DNA of 64,000 bases from Enoplolaimus lenunculus (Eukaryota). The stretch lies in NCBI GenBank assembly GCA_030248215.1, contig JASANG010000443.1:62001-126000 (forward strand). Direction: 5' to 3'. The notes under the pieces were generated by a model. It was given only the letters and a program-made list of their open reading frames with translations, ran no database searches and had not been told where the DNA came from. Below are positions 35,043 through 48,877 of this stretch, piece after piece. How positions within the stretch are numbered: position 1 is the first letter of the stretch; each line of letters starts with the position of its first letter. The position numbers and the translations under genes were made by a program.

Positions 35043-35073
<31 letters not shown>

Positions 35074-35188
35074 GACGACAACGACGACGACAACAACAAC
35101 AACAACGACGACGACAACAACAGCAACCAACAACAACCAACAACAACCAAAAACAACAACAACAACAACAACCAACAACCAGCAACAT

Positions 35189-35219
<31 letters not shown>

Positions 35220-35522
35220 AACAACGACGACGACAACAACAACCACAACAACAACAACAAAAACAACAACCAACAACAACAACAACAACAACAACAAAAA
35301 ACAAAGAAATAAACAAACAAACAAACAAACAAACAAACAACAACATCAACAACATAATATACAACTACAACAACAACAACAACAACCAACAACAACAACA
35401 ACAACAACCAACCAACCAACAACAACAACACACAACAACAACAACCAACAACAACAACAAACAAACAACAAACAACCAACCAACCAACAACAACAACAAC
35501 AAACAAACAACGACGACAAAGA
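35040..35522. repeat. Imperfect (CAA)n/(CAAA)n microsatellite
   Basis: About 480 bp of CAA with CAG, CGA and CAAA variants. Confidence 0.9.
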
Positions 35523-36000
35523 ACAAAAGTTGTTAAAATTTTTAAAACTTTCAAAATCATCGAACGCATTTGTGGTCAAAAACGAAACATTTCACTTCAA
35601 AATGGTACTTTTGGGAATTTGATGTATTGTATTTGGTTACTGAAAAAACACAACAGCAACGGGGAAAACAGGGCTCGACCCCCCCATCAACGTCTGTTGC
35701 CTCAAGATTCTGTTATACTCAACTACAGCTAACAGTTTACGGATTCGAATTTTAAGATGAAATATTTGAAATTGTTATAGCGGGGGGTCGCTTTCCATGT
35801 CCCAACCTCTGCAACAATGTTAATTTGACGCGTTTGGTTTACTGTTGGGTTCCAGAAGAGCTTAAAACCTAAAGACGACAGTTTAAAGTCAAACTTAGGT
35901 TAAACCAGCTACAGAACATTTAGTTTAGCATCAATTTTGCGTTTTTTTGACAGTAAATCAATATATATATTGTGATTGGGGTAGGAAAAGACATGACTTA

Positions 36001-36250
36001 AGCCCGATTTTGAACTTTACGTTGAACGAATATTGGTTTCGTTGTGTGTAGCACGTATTACTAGTTGATGATAGATCTTGTAGTTCTTTCGAATCAGTCA
36101 ATGCAGAGGCTCAAAATTCAGCCAGTGTTTCGCATATCATTTGCTCTGGTTAATGTACCAATGTTGAGTGCAACAACTGTCATATTTAATGAGTTTGAAA
36201 ACCTATTACTAACTGATGATTGTTGCTATATACATTTGAGAATATGGGTC
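36001..36250. mobile_element. Family-C MITE (another copy at about 34152-34390)
   Basis: agcccg..gtgtgtagcac..tgctatatacatttgagaatatgggtc. Confidence 0.65.
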
Positions 36251-36726
36251 ATAAAGAAAGGTAAAACTGTATAGTTTTTGTTATTACATTGAAACATTGT
36301 CCAATGTTACTTTAAAGGGCGTAACAGTAGATAAAGCGCATTCCTAAGCCTAAGCCTAAGCCTAAGCAAAAAATGTAATCTAGAATCTAAATATACTCTT
36401 TTACAGAGCACTAGAAACACCTGGACGCCCATTAAATTGGGCCGATGCATTCATAGTTCAAATCGGCAACAACACAGCAATACTCTATTTTGTCTCGAAC
36501 TATCAATCGAAACATATTCTAATGTGAAAGGCTTTTTTATATTTAAATTTTTAATGGCCGAAATTTTTTAAAAAACGAAAAAATATTTCACATTTTTCCT
36601 CAGAAATTAGAGCAATGCTACGTTGTTTAAGCTGTCTAAAATTTTACTAAATCAACGTAAGTACAGATCAAATTAAAAAACACAAACAAAAAGCCAAATT
36701 CTTAACGCGACGCGTGTAACAAATTA

Positions 36727-36977
36727 CACTGTAAATTTCGATGAGTTGATTAATCAACACAGAGGTTAGAATTGGTTATTTCTGGCTATTTCTGAGTTAA
36801 TAACAGTAAACATTAACTCACTCTAAGTTGATTTAATTCTGGATTAATTAATTAATTAACTCAGCATGAGTTTAATGAATTCAGAATTCTGAGTTCTGAA
36901 AGATCAAATTCGGAGGTCAGCCTCTGAGTCTATTCAACTCATTCTGAGTTAAAGTCAACTCATTGAAATTTACAGTG
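36727..36977. mobile_element. Family-A MITE, TSD TA
   Basis: ta|cactgtaaatt..aatttacagtg|ta. Confidence 0.85.
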
Positions 36978-36999
36978 TATACCATCTCTTAGCAGTGTC

Positions 37000-37314
37000 G
37001 AGCAATGTAAAGAATAGGGATGGAACAGTTTTATATGCATTCACAAGCCTAAACCTGAGCCTAAGCGTGAAAATGAGCATTTTCCTAAGCCTAAGCCTAA
37101 GTGTAAAAATGAGCATAATCGTAAGCTTAAGGCTAAGCCTAAGCGTAAAAATGAGCATATTCCTAAGTCTAAACTTAAACCTAAGCTAAGCAAAAAAGAC
37201 TAGTCTGAAGCTTAGGCCTAAACCTAAGCCAAGAAAAAAGATTAGTCTGAAGTTTAGGCTTACTTTACTTTAGTCCCACAGAAAAACTCTCTGCCCCTGA
37301 TCTTTACATGGGCC
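37000..37314. mobile_element. Family-B MITE with three internal 35-bp units
   Basis: TSD gcagtgtc/gcagtgtg. Unit aaaaatgagcat..cctaagcctaagcctaagcgt. Confidence 0.8.
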
Positions 37315-37745
37315 GCAGTGTGTAACACCTCAGACTTTTGGGCTATCGCAGTGACTCTCGACATATATGTCTTAAATTTAAGAATTTTAATTTTTAATTT
37401 TTTTAGAAATATAAGGCCTTAAATTTTCTGACTTTAAAGTTTGAACTTAATTACTTTGTTTCATAACCATTTACGTGCAACTCCCGAAAACCAGTTCTTA
37501 AATATAAGACAAATATTTCTCGAAAGAAAGAAATTTGTGTCAAAAAATTAACAACAATAATTTCTTGAATGTTTAAGAAAATTATGTTATAAATATTTCA
37601 GACAAGAAATTGCGAGTTTTTAAAAACAATTAATGTCTAAACTTAAAAACGTTTAAGTTTTAGTAATTTAAGAATGTAAGAGTCTTGAAATTGCACGACA
37701 ATTGTGTGTGTAGGAATTTATTTTTTTCAGTTTTTACTTATAATT

Positions 37746-38246
37746 ATGAAACCTCGGAGGGGTCGATGTTCAGATTCAGCAATCCATTTCGCGAGTCCGA
37801 TTTTTTACGTTGATGATGACATCAACAGCTTTATTAGTGTTTCTTCGGATGAACACAGCGTCAACAGGGAAAGCAACAACAATAATAACAACAACAACAA
37901 TAATAATAATAATAATAATAATCATAATAAAAATGATAACACAAGCTACAGTAATACAGCAATATCACATCGCATATTGGAACTACAACAAACCCAGCGT
38001 ACAAGTCTTCCTCAAAGTAGTGAAACGGAAACATTCAACGAATGCAATTGTCTGCCATCGTCCGGGCGTAGTCCATTACTCGTCAAAAGTCCCGGACGAC
38101 TTTCGCGTCGGCCGTTTCAAGCCGACGGCAGTCCTCAAGTCAAAGGCCGAGGTCTTACTCTCGCGATCGCTTCGCCAGTTGTTGCCACAAGTCCTGCACA
38201 GCCAGCAGCAGCGCATGGTGGAAGACCGGATTTTGGCACTATTTCA

Positions 38247-38335
<89 letters not shown>

Positions 38336-39068
38336 CGAAAAACATTTCGGTATCGGCTCATGGCGTTGCTGGCGTTGGTGTGGACTGGAGTCGACGTTGC
38401 AACGATCAGCTGCATTAATTGCAACCGTTCATTTCAGCTTCGCAATCGGTTGTGTTGTTTACGGCATCGGCCACTGGATTGAAACCCGAAACGCACTTTA
38501 TGCCCTCGCGTTTGTCTTAGGTCTCCTTGGTCTGCCAGGCGTTCTTGCGTTATTTTGTGGCATTCGGCGACGAAAGCGTCACTTGTTACTGCCGTTTTTA
38601 ATTATTCTTGGCGTTGCGCTGATTGCGCTTGTAGTATTTTTGCTAATGGTAATATCTCTTATCGTTGAGCTTGCAAATCATCGTCCGGCACAAGGCAGTT
38701 TGGCAACGTTTGGCATTGATCCTGAACAGAGTCGGTTCGATAAGTTGGTTAAAGCAAGTTTTGCCCTTGCAATTTTTTCGCTTGCATTTGCGTTCGAAAT
38801 ATGGGCGCTTGTTATTATTCGACGATGTTATCATTGCTATAAAATGATTGCAACTGCAGCTGCAATTAATAGCAATCAGACTGATCTCGGGACCGCGACG
38901 GCGGCGATGGCCGACGAACGGCGCCATTTGATAACTCGGCCTTCGGGAGCGACGCCAAATATGCGAAGTCCACGCCATCGACGCCATTTGAAGCGGTCCG
39001 CTGACAAAACGGCGGCCGAAACTACGACAAAATTTGAACAAAATTCACAATCTTATCAAATGTCATGA
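37746..39068 (+). CDS. Intronless four-TM membrane protein (LAPTM/DUF4728-like topology) with an N-terminal polyN and polyQ low-complexity region
   Basis: ATG at 37746 lies 15 nt after a strong TTTTTTTCAG acceptor (ends 37730). Four hydrophobic segments, a G-I-RRRKRHLLLPFLI motif after TM2 and W..VIIRRCY after TM4 resemble animal 4-TM LAPTM-like proteins. Family name is inference. Confidence 0.8.
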
Positions 39069-39202
39069 GCTTCTGACGCTTTTATTGGCAAAGAAATTGG
39101 TTAAATATTAATTGTTAAAAAATTTGTTTGAAAATTTTCAAAGCTATGAAGTGGCGTTCGCATAGCTTTCACTTTCAAAGGTAACTTGCGGCAAAAATTT
39201 CA

Positions 39203-39753
39203 GGTCAGCGTATACAACAAGGCCGCAACAGTAGTATATGAATATTGTTAAGCCTAAGGCTAAGTCTATGCCTTAGTGTAAAAATGAGCTTACACCTAAT
39301 GCGGGATTCACGTTATAAGCTAGGCAGGCTGGACACGTTGTCCCATGTTGATTTGACGTCAACGTTAAAATTCGAGCTATTATATTGGAACAACATACAA
39401 AACCTGAAGGTCATATAACATTAGCTTGCAAACCACAGCTCTCAAATGATCAATGTGTACAAGGGACGCTATGTCACGTGATACTGTGGGACATGTGGGA
39501 AGTTCGTGATTTTGCCTTCAGCCTGTATCCTGTATCGCCTGTATAGTTCTTTCCTCGATGTATGCGTATCGCTCTGATTTAGTAAAACGCGGCCGGTAAA
39601 TGTTTATTATAAACCCCAACCCGAAACCCGTATGACACAAAATACCCAATATATTTCAAAACTTCAAGCCTAAGCAAAAATTGTCTAAAGATTAATCTTA
39701 TTCTATTGCAGAACGGCAGAAAAAATGTTGCGCCCTTGATCTTTACATTGGTC
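39203..39753. mobile_element. Family-B MITE interrupted by a Harbinger-like insertion starting at about 39300
   Basis: TSD aaatttca/aaatttcg. The taatgcgggattcacgttata TIR lies inside it. Confidence 0.65.
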
Positions 39754-39999
39754 AAATTTCGGACTGGAGCTCGAAATTTCAACTGTTAAGTTTATTGTAT
39801 TTTTATCTTTCCAGTTTTTTCTCGAGCTTAAAAAGTGTATTTTTTTGAATTTTTGGAAAACTTTCAAGACAGCTGTCTACTGTCAATTTTCTTCGTTGAA
39901 TACAACCCTGTTTATCAGTTCGAAACATTCATTAATTTTGTTAATGCCAAATATTCACCCACTGTTTTGTTTTGAAATTGTCAACTCAATTCGAACTTT

Positions 40000-40400
40000 G
40001 GCTCACGTAAAGATAAAAGGCTCGAAAGGTTTTTCAGTGGGACTTCAATAGGGTAAGCGTAAGCTTTAAACAAATTTTTTGCTTAAGCTTAGGCTTTGGC
40101 TTAGGGTTGAACTCAAGAATACGATTATACTACTGCTACTGCCCTGTTCAATGCAGTGTAAGCATAAGCTTTAGACTAATTTTTTGCTAAGGCTTAGGCT
40201 AGGCTTAGACTTAAACTTAGGCTTAGGCTTAGACTTAGGGTTAGGCTCAGTAATATGCTTATACTACTGTTACGGGACTGTTCTATGCAGGGTAAGCATG
40301 AGCTTCAGACTAATTTTTTGCTTAGACTTTGGCTTATGCTTAGGCTTAGGTTTGTGAGTATGCTTATACTACTATTGCTGCCCTGTTCTATATATTGGCC
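40000..40400. mobile_element. Family-B MITE with an internally triplicated telomeric module
   Basis: Perfect 8-bp TSD cgaacttt. The module gtaagc..aattttttgcttaggc..tatactactg..ctgttc occurs three times. Confidence 0.85.
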
Positions 40401-41033
40401 CGAACTTTAACCATTAATTCATTCTAAAGATTAATGCAGACCCAGGAAATTGTATAATGGGTAATTTTACAAACTACTGTTAGTAAACTGTTGACTATTT
40501 ATGAGACCCAAATAATGGGGCGATGCGTAAAATATGGAATTGGTCACAGATAAAAGCAAGCAACATACGCAGTATTGTAACTTAACTGCAATATTTTTAT
40601 TTCACATTATTTTAAATAAACGATTTAATGATAGAAATTAAGTCTACAACTCGGCACATTGGCTATACAGCGTGTTGAGCTTAGCGTTGCTCCATACATC
40701 TCAAATGGGGGGCTCTGCACACCGAAGTGGCCCCTCACATAATTTAAAAAGACTTTTTTGCATCAAATTTTTAATTTGTCTAAATAAATTTCGCCTGGTT
40801 TCTTGCTCGCTTCGCTCGCGTAATCTAAATTGTCTATTCTTTTTGAGTGTGTTTATAGAAAATTTTACACAGACCTTAAAAACTCAACGGAGTGCGATTT
40901 TTCTTTGGGGGTGGCTCACATTGAGTTTGACGGGAACCCTTCTACATACTTGGTACGACAATAGGGCCGTGCAATCAATTGTGTACTAATACTGAAATCT
41001 TGTAAAAGGTGTTCTTTTTAGCATTGGCCTTCA

Positions 41034-44000
41034 TGGCTAACCAGATTGGCGATATGGCTAACGTGGTGCCGTGGCTAACCATATTGGCGATATGGCTAAA
41101 TTGGTGCCGTGGCTAACCATATTGGCGATATGGCTAACGTGGTGCCGTAGCTAATCAATTGGCGATATGGCTACATTGGTGCCATGACTAACCATATTGG
41201 CAATATGGTTAAATTGGTGCCGTGACTAACCATATTGGCGATATGGCTAACGTGGCGCCGTAGCTAATCATATTGGCTATATGACTACATTGGTGCTTGA
41301 CTAACCATATTGGCAATATGGTTAAATTGGTGCCGTGACTAACCATATTGGCAATATGGTTAAATTGGTGCCGTGACTAACCATATTGGCGATATGGCTA
41401 AATTGGTGCCGTGACTAACCATATTGGCAATATGGTTAAATTGGTGCCGTGACTAACCATATTGGCGATATGGCTAAATTGGCGCCGTGGCTAACCATAT
41501 TGGCGATATAGTTAACGTGGTGCCGTAGCTAATCATATTGGCGATATGGCTACATTGGTGCCATGACTAACCATATTGGCAATATGGTTAAATTGGTACC
41601 GTGACTAACCATATTGGCGATATGGCTAACTTGGTGCCGTGGCTAACCATATTGGCGATATGGCTAAATTGGTGCCGTGACTAACCATATTGGCGATATG
41701 GCTAACGTGGTGCCGTGGCTAACCATATTGGCGATATGGTTAAATTGGTGCCGTGACTAATCATATTGGCAATATGGTGAAATTGGGGCCGTGACTAACC
41801 ATATTGGCGATATGGTTAACTTGGTGCCGTGGCTAACCATATTAGCGGTATGGCTAAATTGGTACCGTGGCTAACCATATTGGCGATATGGCTAACTTGG
41901 TGCCGTGGCTAACCATATTGGCGATATGGCTAAATTGGTGCCGTGACTAACCATATTGGCGATATGGCTAACGTGGTGCCGTGGCTAACCATATTGGCGA
42001 TATGGTTAAATTGGTGCCGTGACTAACCATATTGGCAATATGGTTAAATTGATGCCGTGACTAACCATATTGGCGATATGGTTAACTTGGTGCCGTGACT
42101 AACCATATTGGCGATATGGCTAACTTGGTGCCGTGGCTAACCATATTGGCGATATGGCTAAATTGGTGCCGTGGCTAATCATATTGGCGATATGGCTAAC
42201 GTGGTGCTGTAGCTAATCATATTGGCGATATGGCTACATTGGTGCCATGACTAACCATATTGGCAATATGGTTAAATTGGTGCCGTGACTAACCATATTG
42301 GCAATATGGTTCAATTGGTGCCGTGACTAACCATATTGGCAATATGGTTAAATTGGTGCCGTAACTAACCATATTGGCAATATGGTTAAATTGGTGCCGT
42401 GACTTACCATATTGGCGATATGGCTAAATTGGTGCCGTGGCTAACCATATTGGCGATATGGCTAACGTGGTGCCGTAGCTAATCATATTGGCGATATGGC
42501 TACATTGGTGCCATGACTAACCATATTGGCAATACGGTTAAATTGGTGCCGTAACTAACCATATTGGCAATATTGTTAAATTGGTGCCGTGACTAACCAT
42601 ATTGGCGATATGGCTAACTTGGTGCCGTGGCTAATCATATTGGCGATATGGCTAACGTGGTGCTGTAGCTAATCATATTGGCGATATGGCTACATTGGTG
42701 CCATGACTAACCATATTGGCAATATGGTTAAATTGGTGCCGTGACTAACCATATTGGCAATATGGTTAAATTGGTGCCTTGATTAACCATATTGGCGATA
42801 TGGCTAACTTGGTGCCGTGGCTAACCATATTGGCGATATGGCTAAATTGGTGCCATGGCTAACCATATTGGCGATATGGCTAACGTGGTGTCGCAGCTAA
42901 TCATATTGGCGATATGGCTAACGTGGTGCCGTAGCTAATCATATTGGCGATATGGCTACATTGGTACCGTGACTATTCATATTGGCAATATGGTTAAATT
43001 GGTGCCGTGACTAACCATATTGGCGATATGGCTAAATTGGTGCCGTGACTAACCATATTGGCGATATGGCTAAATTGGTGCCGTGGCTAACCATATTGGC
43101 GATATGGCTAACGTGGTGCCGTAGCTAATCATATTGGCGATATGGCTACATTGGTGCCATGACTAACCATATTGGCAATACGGTTAAATTGGTGCCGTAA
43201 CTAACCATATTGGCAATATTGTTAAATTGGTGCCGTGACTAACCATATTGGCGATATGGCTAACTTGGTGCCGTGGCTAACCATATTGGCGATATGGCTA
43301 AATTGGTGCCGTGGCTAATCATATTGGCGATATGGCTAACGTGGTGCTGTAGCTAATCATATTGGCGATATGGCTACATTGGTGCCATGACTAACCATAT
43401 TGGCAATATGGTTAAATTGGTGCCGTGACTAACCATATTGGCAATATGGTTAAATTGGTGCCGTGACTAACCATATTGGCGATATGGCTAACTTGGTGCC
43501 GTGGCTAACCATATTGGCGATATGGCTAAATTGGTGCCATGGCTAACCATATTGGCGATATGGCTAACGTGGTGCCGTAGCTAATCATATTGGCGATATG
43601 GCTACATTGGTACCATGACTAATCATATTGGCAATATGGTTAAATTGGTGCCGTGACTAACCATATTGGCAATATGGTTAAATTGGTGCCGTGACTAACC
43701 ATATTGGCGATATGGCTAAATTGGTGCCGTGGCTAACCATATTGGCCATATGGGTAAAGTGGTGCCGTGGCTAACCATATTGGCGATATGGCTAAATTGG
43801 TGCCCTCGCTAACCATATTGGCGATATGGCTAACGTGGTGACGCAGCTAAACATATTGGCGATATGGCTAACTTGGTGGTAGCTAATCATATTGGCGATA
43901 TGGCTACATTGGTACCATGACTATTCATATTGGCAATATGGTTAAATTGGTGCCGTGACTCACCAGATTCGCAATGTGGATAAATAGGTGCCGTGACTAA

Positions 44001-47000
44001 CCATATTGGCAATATGGTTAAATTGGTGCCGTAACTAACCATATTGGCAATATGGTTAAATTGGTGCCGTAACTAACCATATTGGCAATATGGATAAATT
44101 GGTGCCGTGACTAACCATATTGGCGATATGGGTAAATTGGTGTCGTGAGTAACCATATTGGCGATATGGCTAACGTGGTGCTGTAGCTAATCATATTGGC
44201 GATATGGCTACATTGGTGTCGAATGATTAACCATATTGGCAATATGGTTAAATTGGTGCCGTGACTAACGATATTGGCAATATGGTTAAATTGGTGCCGT
44301 GACTAACCATATTGGCAATATTGTTAAATTGGTGCCGTGACTAACCATATTGGCGATATGGCTAACTTGGTGCCGTGGCTAACCATATTGGCGATATGGC
44401 TAAATTGGTGCCCTGGCTAATCATATTGGCGATATGGCTAACGTGGTGCTGTAGCTAATCATATTGGCGATATGGCTACATTGGTGCCATGACTAACCAT
44501 ATTGGCAATATGGTTAAATTGGTGCCGTGACTAACCATATTGGCAATATGGTTAAATTGGTGCCTTGATTAACCATATTGGCGATATGGCTAACGTGGTG
44601 TCGCAGCAGTTGGGGAGATAGGGAAAAAGGGGTGGGGGGTAATCATATTGGCGATATGGCTAACTTGGTGCCGTAGCTAATGGTATTTACGTTGGTTACG
44701 TGTTTCATATTGGCGATATGGCTACATTGGTACCTTGACTATTCATATTGGCAATATGGTTAAATTGGTGCCGTGACTAACCATATTGGCAATATGGTTA
44801 AATTGGTGCCGTGATTAACCATATTGGCGATATGGCTAAATTGGTGCCGTGGCTAACCATATTGGCGATATGGCTAAGTTGGTGCCATGGCGCTCCCTAT
44901 TTGGGCGATCTAATGGTCTAACGTGGCGTGTCGCCGCTAACCATATTGGCGATACGGTTAACGTGGTGCCGTAGCTAATCATATTGGCGATATGGCTACA
45001 TTGGTGCCATGACTAATCATATTGGCAATATGGTTAAATTGATGCAGGCCGTGAGGGGCTAACCATATTGGCGATATGGCTATTGGTGCCGTGGCTACCT
45101 TCTAACGTGGTGCCGTGGCTAATCATATTGGCGATATGGCTACATTCGTGCCATGACTAACTTTCATATTCAATTTTACGGTTAATTGGTGCCGTGACTA
45201 CCATATTGGCAATATGGTTAAATTGGTGCCGTGCCTTACCATATTGGCGATATGGCTAAATTGGTGCCGTGGCTAACCATATTGGCGATATGGCTAACGT
45301 GGTGCTGTAGCTAATTATATTGGCGATATGGCTACATTGGTGCCATGACTAACCATATTGGCAATATGGTTAAATTGGTGCCGTGACTAACCATATTGGC
45401 AATATGGTTAAATTGGTGCCGTGACTAACCATATTGGCGATATGGCTAACTTGGTGCCGTGGCTAACCATATTGGCGATATGGCTAAATTGGTGCCATGG
45501 CTAATCATATTGGCGATATGGCTAACGTGGTGCCGTAGCTAATCATATTGGCGATATGGCTACATTGGTACAATGACTAAACATATTGGCAATATGGATA
45601 CAGTGGTACAGTGACTAGTCATATTGGCAATATGGTTAAATTGGTGCCGGCTCGGAACCATATTGGCGATATGGCTAAATTGTCCAACCATATTGGCGAT
45701 ATGGCTAACTTGGTGCCGTGCCTAACCATATTGGCGATATGGCTAAATTGGTGCCATGGCTAACCATATTGGCGATATGGCTAACGTGGTGTCGCAGCTA
45801 ATCATATTGGCGATATGGCTAACTTGGTGCCGTAGCTAATCATATTGGCGATATGGCTACATTGGTACCGTGACTATTCATATTGGCAATATGGTTAAAT
45901 TGGTGCCGTGACTAACCATATTGGCAATATGGTTAAATTGGTGCCGTGACTAACCATATTGCGATATGGCTAAATTGGTGCCGTGGCTAACCATATTGGC
46001 GATATGGCTAAGTTGGTGCCGTGGCCAACCATATTGGCGATACGGTTAACGTGGTGCCGTAGCTAATCATATTGGCGATATGGCTACATTGGTGCCATGA
46101 CTAACCATATTGGCAATATGGTTAAATTGATGCCGTGACTAACCATATTGGCGATATGGCTAACTTGGTGCCGTGGCTAACCATATTGGCGATATGGCTA
46201 AATTGGTGCCGTGGTTAATCATATTGGCGATATGGCTAACGTGGTGCTGTAGCTAATCATATTGGCGATATGGCTACATTGGTGCCATGACTAACCATAT
46301 TGGCAATATGGTTCAATTGGTGTCGTGACTAACCATATTGGCAATATGGTTAAATTGGTGCCGTGACTAACCATATTGGCGATATGGCTAACTTGGTGCC
46401 GTGGCTAACCATATTGGCGATATGGCTAAATTGGTGCCATGGCTAACCATATTGGCGATATGGCTAACGTGGTGCCGTAGCTAATCATATTGGCGATATG
46501 GCTACATTGGTACCATGACTAATCATATTGGCAATATGGTTAAATTGGTGCCGTGACTAACCATATTGGCAATATGGTTAAATTGGTGCCGTGACTAACC
46601 ATATTGGCGATATGGCTAAATAGGTGCCGTGGCTAACCATATTGGCGATATGGCTAACGTGGTGCCGTAGCTAATCATATTGGCGATATGGCTACATTGG
46701 TGCCATGACTAACCATATTGGCAATATGGTTAAATTGATGCCGTGACTAACCATATTGGCAATATGGTTAAATTGATGCCGTGACTAACCATATTGGCGA
46801 TATGGCTAACTTGGTGCCGTGGCTAACCATATTGGCGATATGGCTAAATTGGTGCCCTGGCTAATCATATTGGCAATATGGCTAACGTGGTGCTGTAGCT
46901 AATCATATTGGCGATATGGTTAACGTGGTGCCGTAGCTAATTATATTGGCGATATGGCTAACTTGGTGCCGTGGCTAACCATATTGGCGATATGGTAAAC

Positions 47001-47242
47001 GTGGTGCCGTAGCTAATTATATTGGCGATATGGCTAACTTGGTGCCGTGGCTAACCATATTGGCGATATGGCTAAATTGGTGCCGTGGCTAACCATATTG
47101 ACGATATGGCTAACGTGGTGCCGTAGCTAATCATATTGGCGATGTGGCTACATTGGTGCCATGACTAACCATATTGGCAATATGGTTAAATTGGAGCCGT
47201 AACTAACCATATTGGCGATATGGCTAACTTGGTGCCGTGGCT
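41034..47242. repeat. 38-bp satellite array, about 163 monomers, with higher-order variant cycles
   Basis: Unit ggctaaccatattggcgatatggctaaattggtgccgt. Monomer variants recur in a fixed order. Confidence 0.95.
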
Positions 47243-48109
47243 CCGTCTGTTCGTCTGTCTACCGAAAAGAATCTCAAGAACCACTGAACCGATTTTGATA
47301 ATATTTTTTGTCTGAAAGCCAATTATCCTGGGGTGTTAACCTCGCATTGGGGTTTAAAAATTTTGAGCCGTTTATTAGCTACAGGCGAATTTGCATAATC
47401 AATTAAGCTTAAATTAGGACTTTCTACATCATTTTACTAATTATTACAGTTACAAGCAATCTAATTTCAGCATTAAAGAGTTTTTGGGTGCGCGGAATTT
47501 GCACACACTGTTCACAAACCTCCAAAACCGATAATTGAGTAGTTAGCTAATAGATAATTTGCAAATATTAGCAAAGTTTAAAAGTCTCAATTAGTACTTT
47601 TTACAATATTTCACTAAAAAACCAATCTAATTTCAGCATTAAAGGGTTTTCAGGTGCGAAAAATTCGGATAAATTGTTTACAAACCTCCAAAATCGATAA
47701 TTGAACAGTTAGCTAATAGCTAATTTGCACTTTAGCTAAATTGACAAGACAAAATTAAGACTTTTTAAATTATTTCAATAATTATTAGGGTTAGTGAAGT
47801 TTTTTGGTGCGATGAATCTGAGTAAATTGTTTACAAACCTCTAAAACCGATAATTAAGCAGTTAGCTAATAGATAATTTGCATATAAGTTATGATAATTG
47901 ATATGCCTAAGTTAGGCATTTTTACAATAATTCACTAATTATTAGAGTTACAAGCAATCTTATTTTAGCAATAATGGTTGTTTGGGTGCGAGAAATCTGA
48001 ATAAATTGTCTACAAACCCTCAAAACTGAAAGTCGAATAGTTAGCTAATAGCTAATTTGCATATTACCTTAATACTTACGTGTGTTCGAGCTTCGCTCAA
48101 TAAATGTAG
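47243..48109 (+). mobile_element. Helitron/Helentron (DINE-1/HINE-like) non-autonomous element with central tandem repeats
   Basis: ccgtctgttcgtctgtct microsatellite, then atctcaagaaccactgaaccgattttgat, then about 4 units of 150-180 bp (gttagctaatag at 47542, 47708, 47861, 48040), then hairpin gagcttcgctc shortly before gtag|t. Family assignment is inference. Confidence 0.55.
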
Positions 48110-48502
48110 TCCCACTACAACTGGTTATATAATATTCCGATTCTGTAATGGCTTTCCCCAATAAAACCATGCTATTTAAAAAGGTACCAGTTATTGGCTG
48201 GGTTTCTGAACCCTTGCTTAAGTACGACTTTGTGTTTAAGTATGTGCTAAGCAATCACTAAACCATTCTGCCGTGTTTATAAGTGTAATTAAGTTAAGTA
48301 AATACATATGTTACTGATTATATTCGAAATATTACAGATTAACAATTCAGACATATTCTGTCTAAATAAAATTACAGACTCAAGAAGTTTTTTGAATATA
48401 AAGCAAAATTATGGATTTCTTGTTCATGATTAAGGCTCACATCTGGCGTTTATTTATTTTGCTCAACAAGTAAAGTACTTACTTAAGTCTGTGCCTTAAT
48501 TT

Positions 48503-48877
48503 TGTGTGGGACTAGAAAAGAGTAAATTTAAGCTTTAGACTAATTTTTTTGCTTGTCTTAGGCTTAGGCGGTCAATGTATAGAACAGGGCGGGACAAGTA
48601 GTATAAGCATATTCCTAAATCTAAGCCTAAGCTTAAGCGTAAGCGCAAGGATGAGCCTATTTCCAAGCCATGCCTAAGCCTCAGCCTAACCAAAAAGGTA
48701 GTATAAACATTAAGCTGACTCTATTACAGTCCCGCAGAAAAACGTTCCGACCCTGTTCTATGCATAGGCCGGCTAAGGCTTAGGAATATACTCATTTTAA
48801 CGCTTAATCGTAGGCTTAGGGTTAGGCTTACACTTAGGAATATGATTATAATACTGATTCTGTTCTTTGCATTGGCC
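48503..48877. mobile_element. Family-B MITE with an oppositely oriented family-B copy (48570-48770) inserted in its TTAGGC tract
   Basis: Inner ggtcaatgtatagaacagggc..ccctgttctatgcataggcc is flanked by ggcttaggc/ggctaaggc. Confidence 0.75.

Noticed and set aside
34989..35622. 207-aa N/T/Q-rich ORF and antisense poly-L/V/C ORFs
   Set aside because: The CAA microsatellite is open in most frames. There is no ATG start, convincing splice context or domain.
37704..37745. Upstream non-ATG start of the 454-aa ORF
   Set aside because: The region contains a strong splice acceptor. The first ATG at 37746 is the plausible eukaryotic start.
44607..44640. G-quadruplex-like insert within the 38-bp satellite
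   Set aside because: It lies in an error-rich patch of the array and is more likely a consensus artefact. It cannot be supported without reads.
12074..47242. CRISPR-like reading of the 36-, 30- and 38-bp arrays
   Set aside because: Units are contiguous with no unique spacers, there are no cas genes, and the context is eukaryotic.
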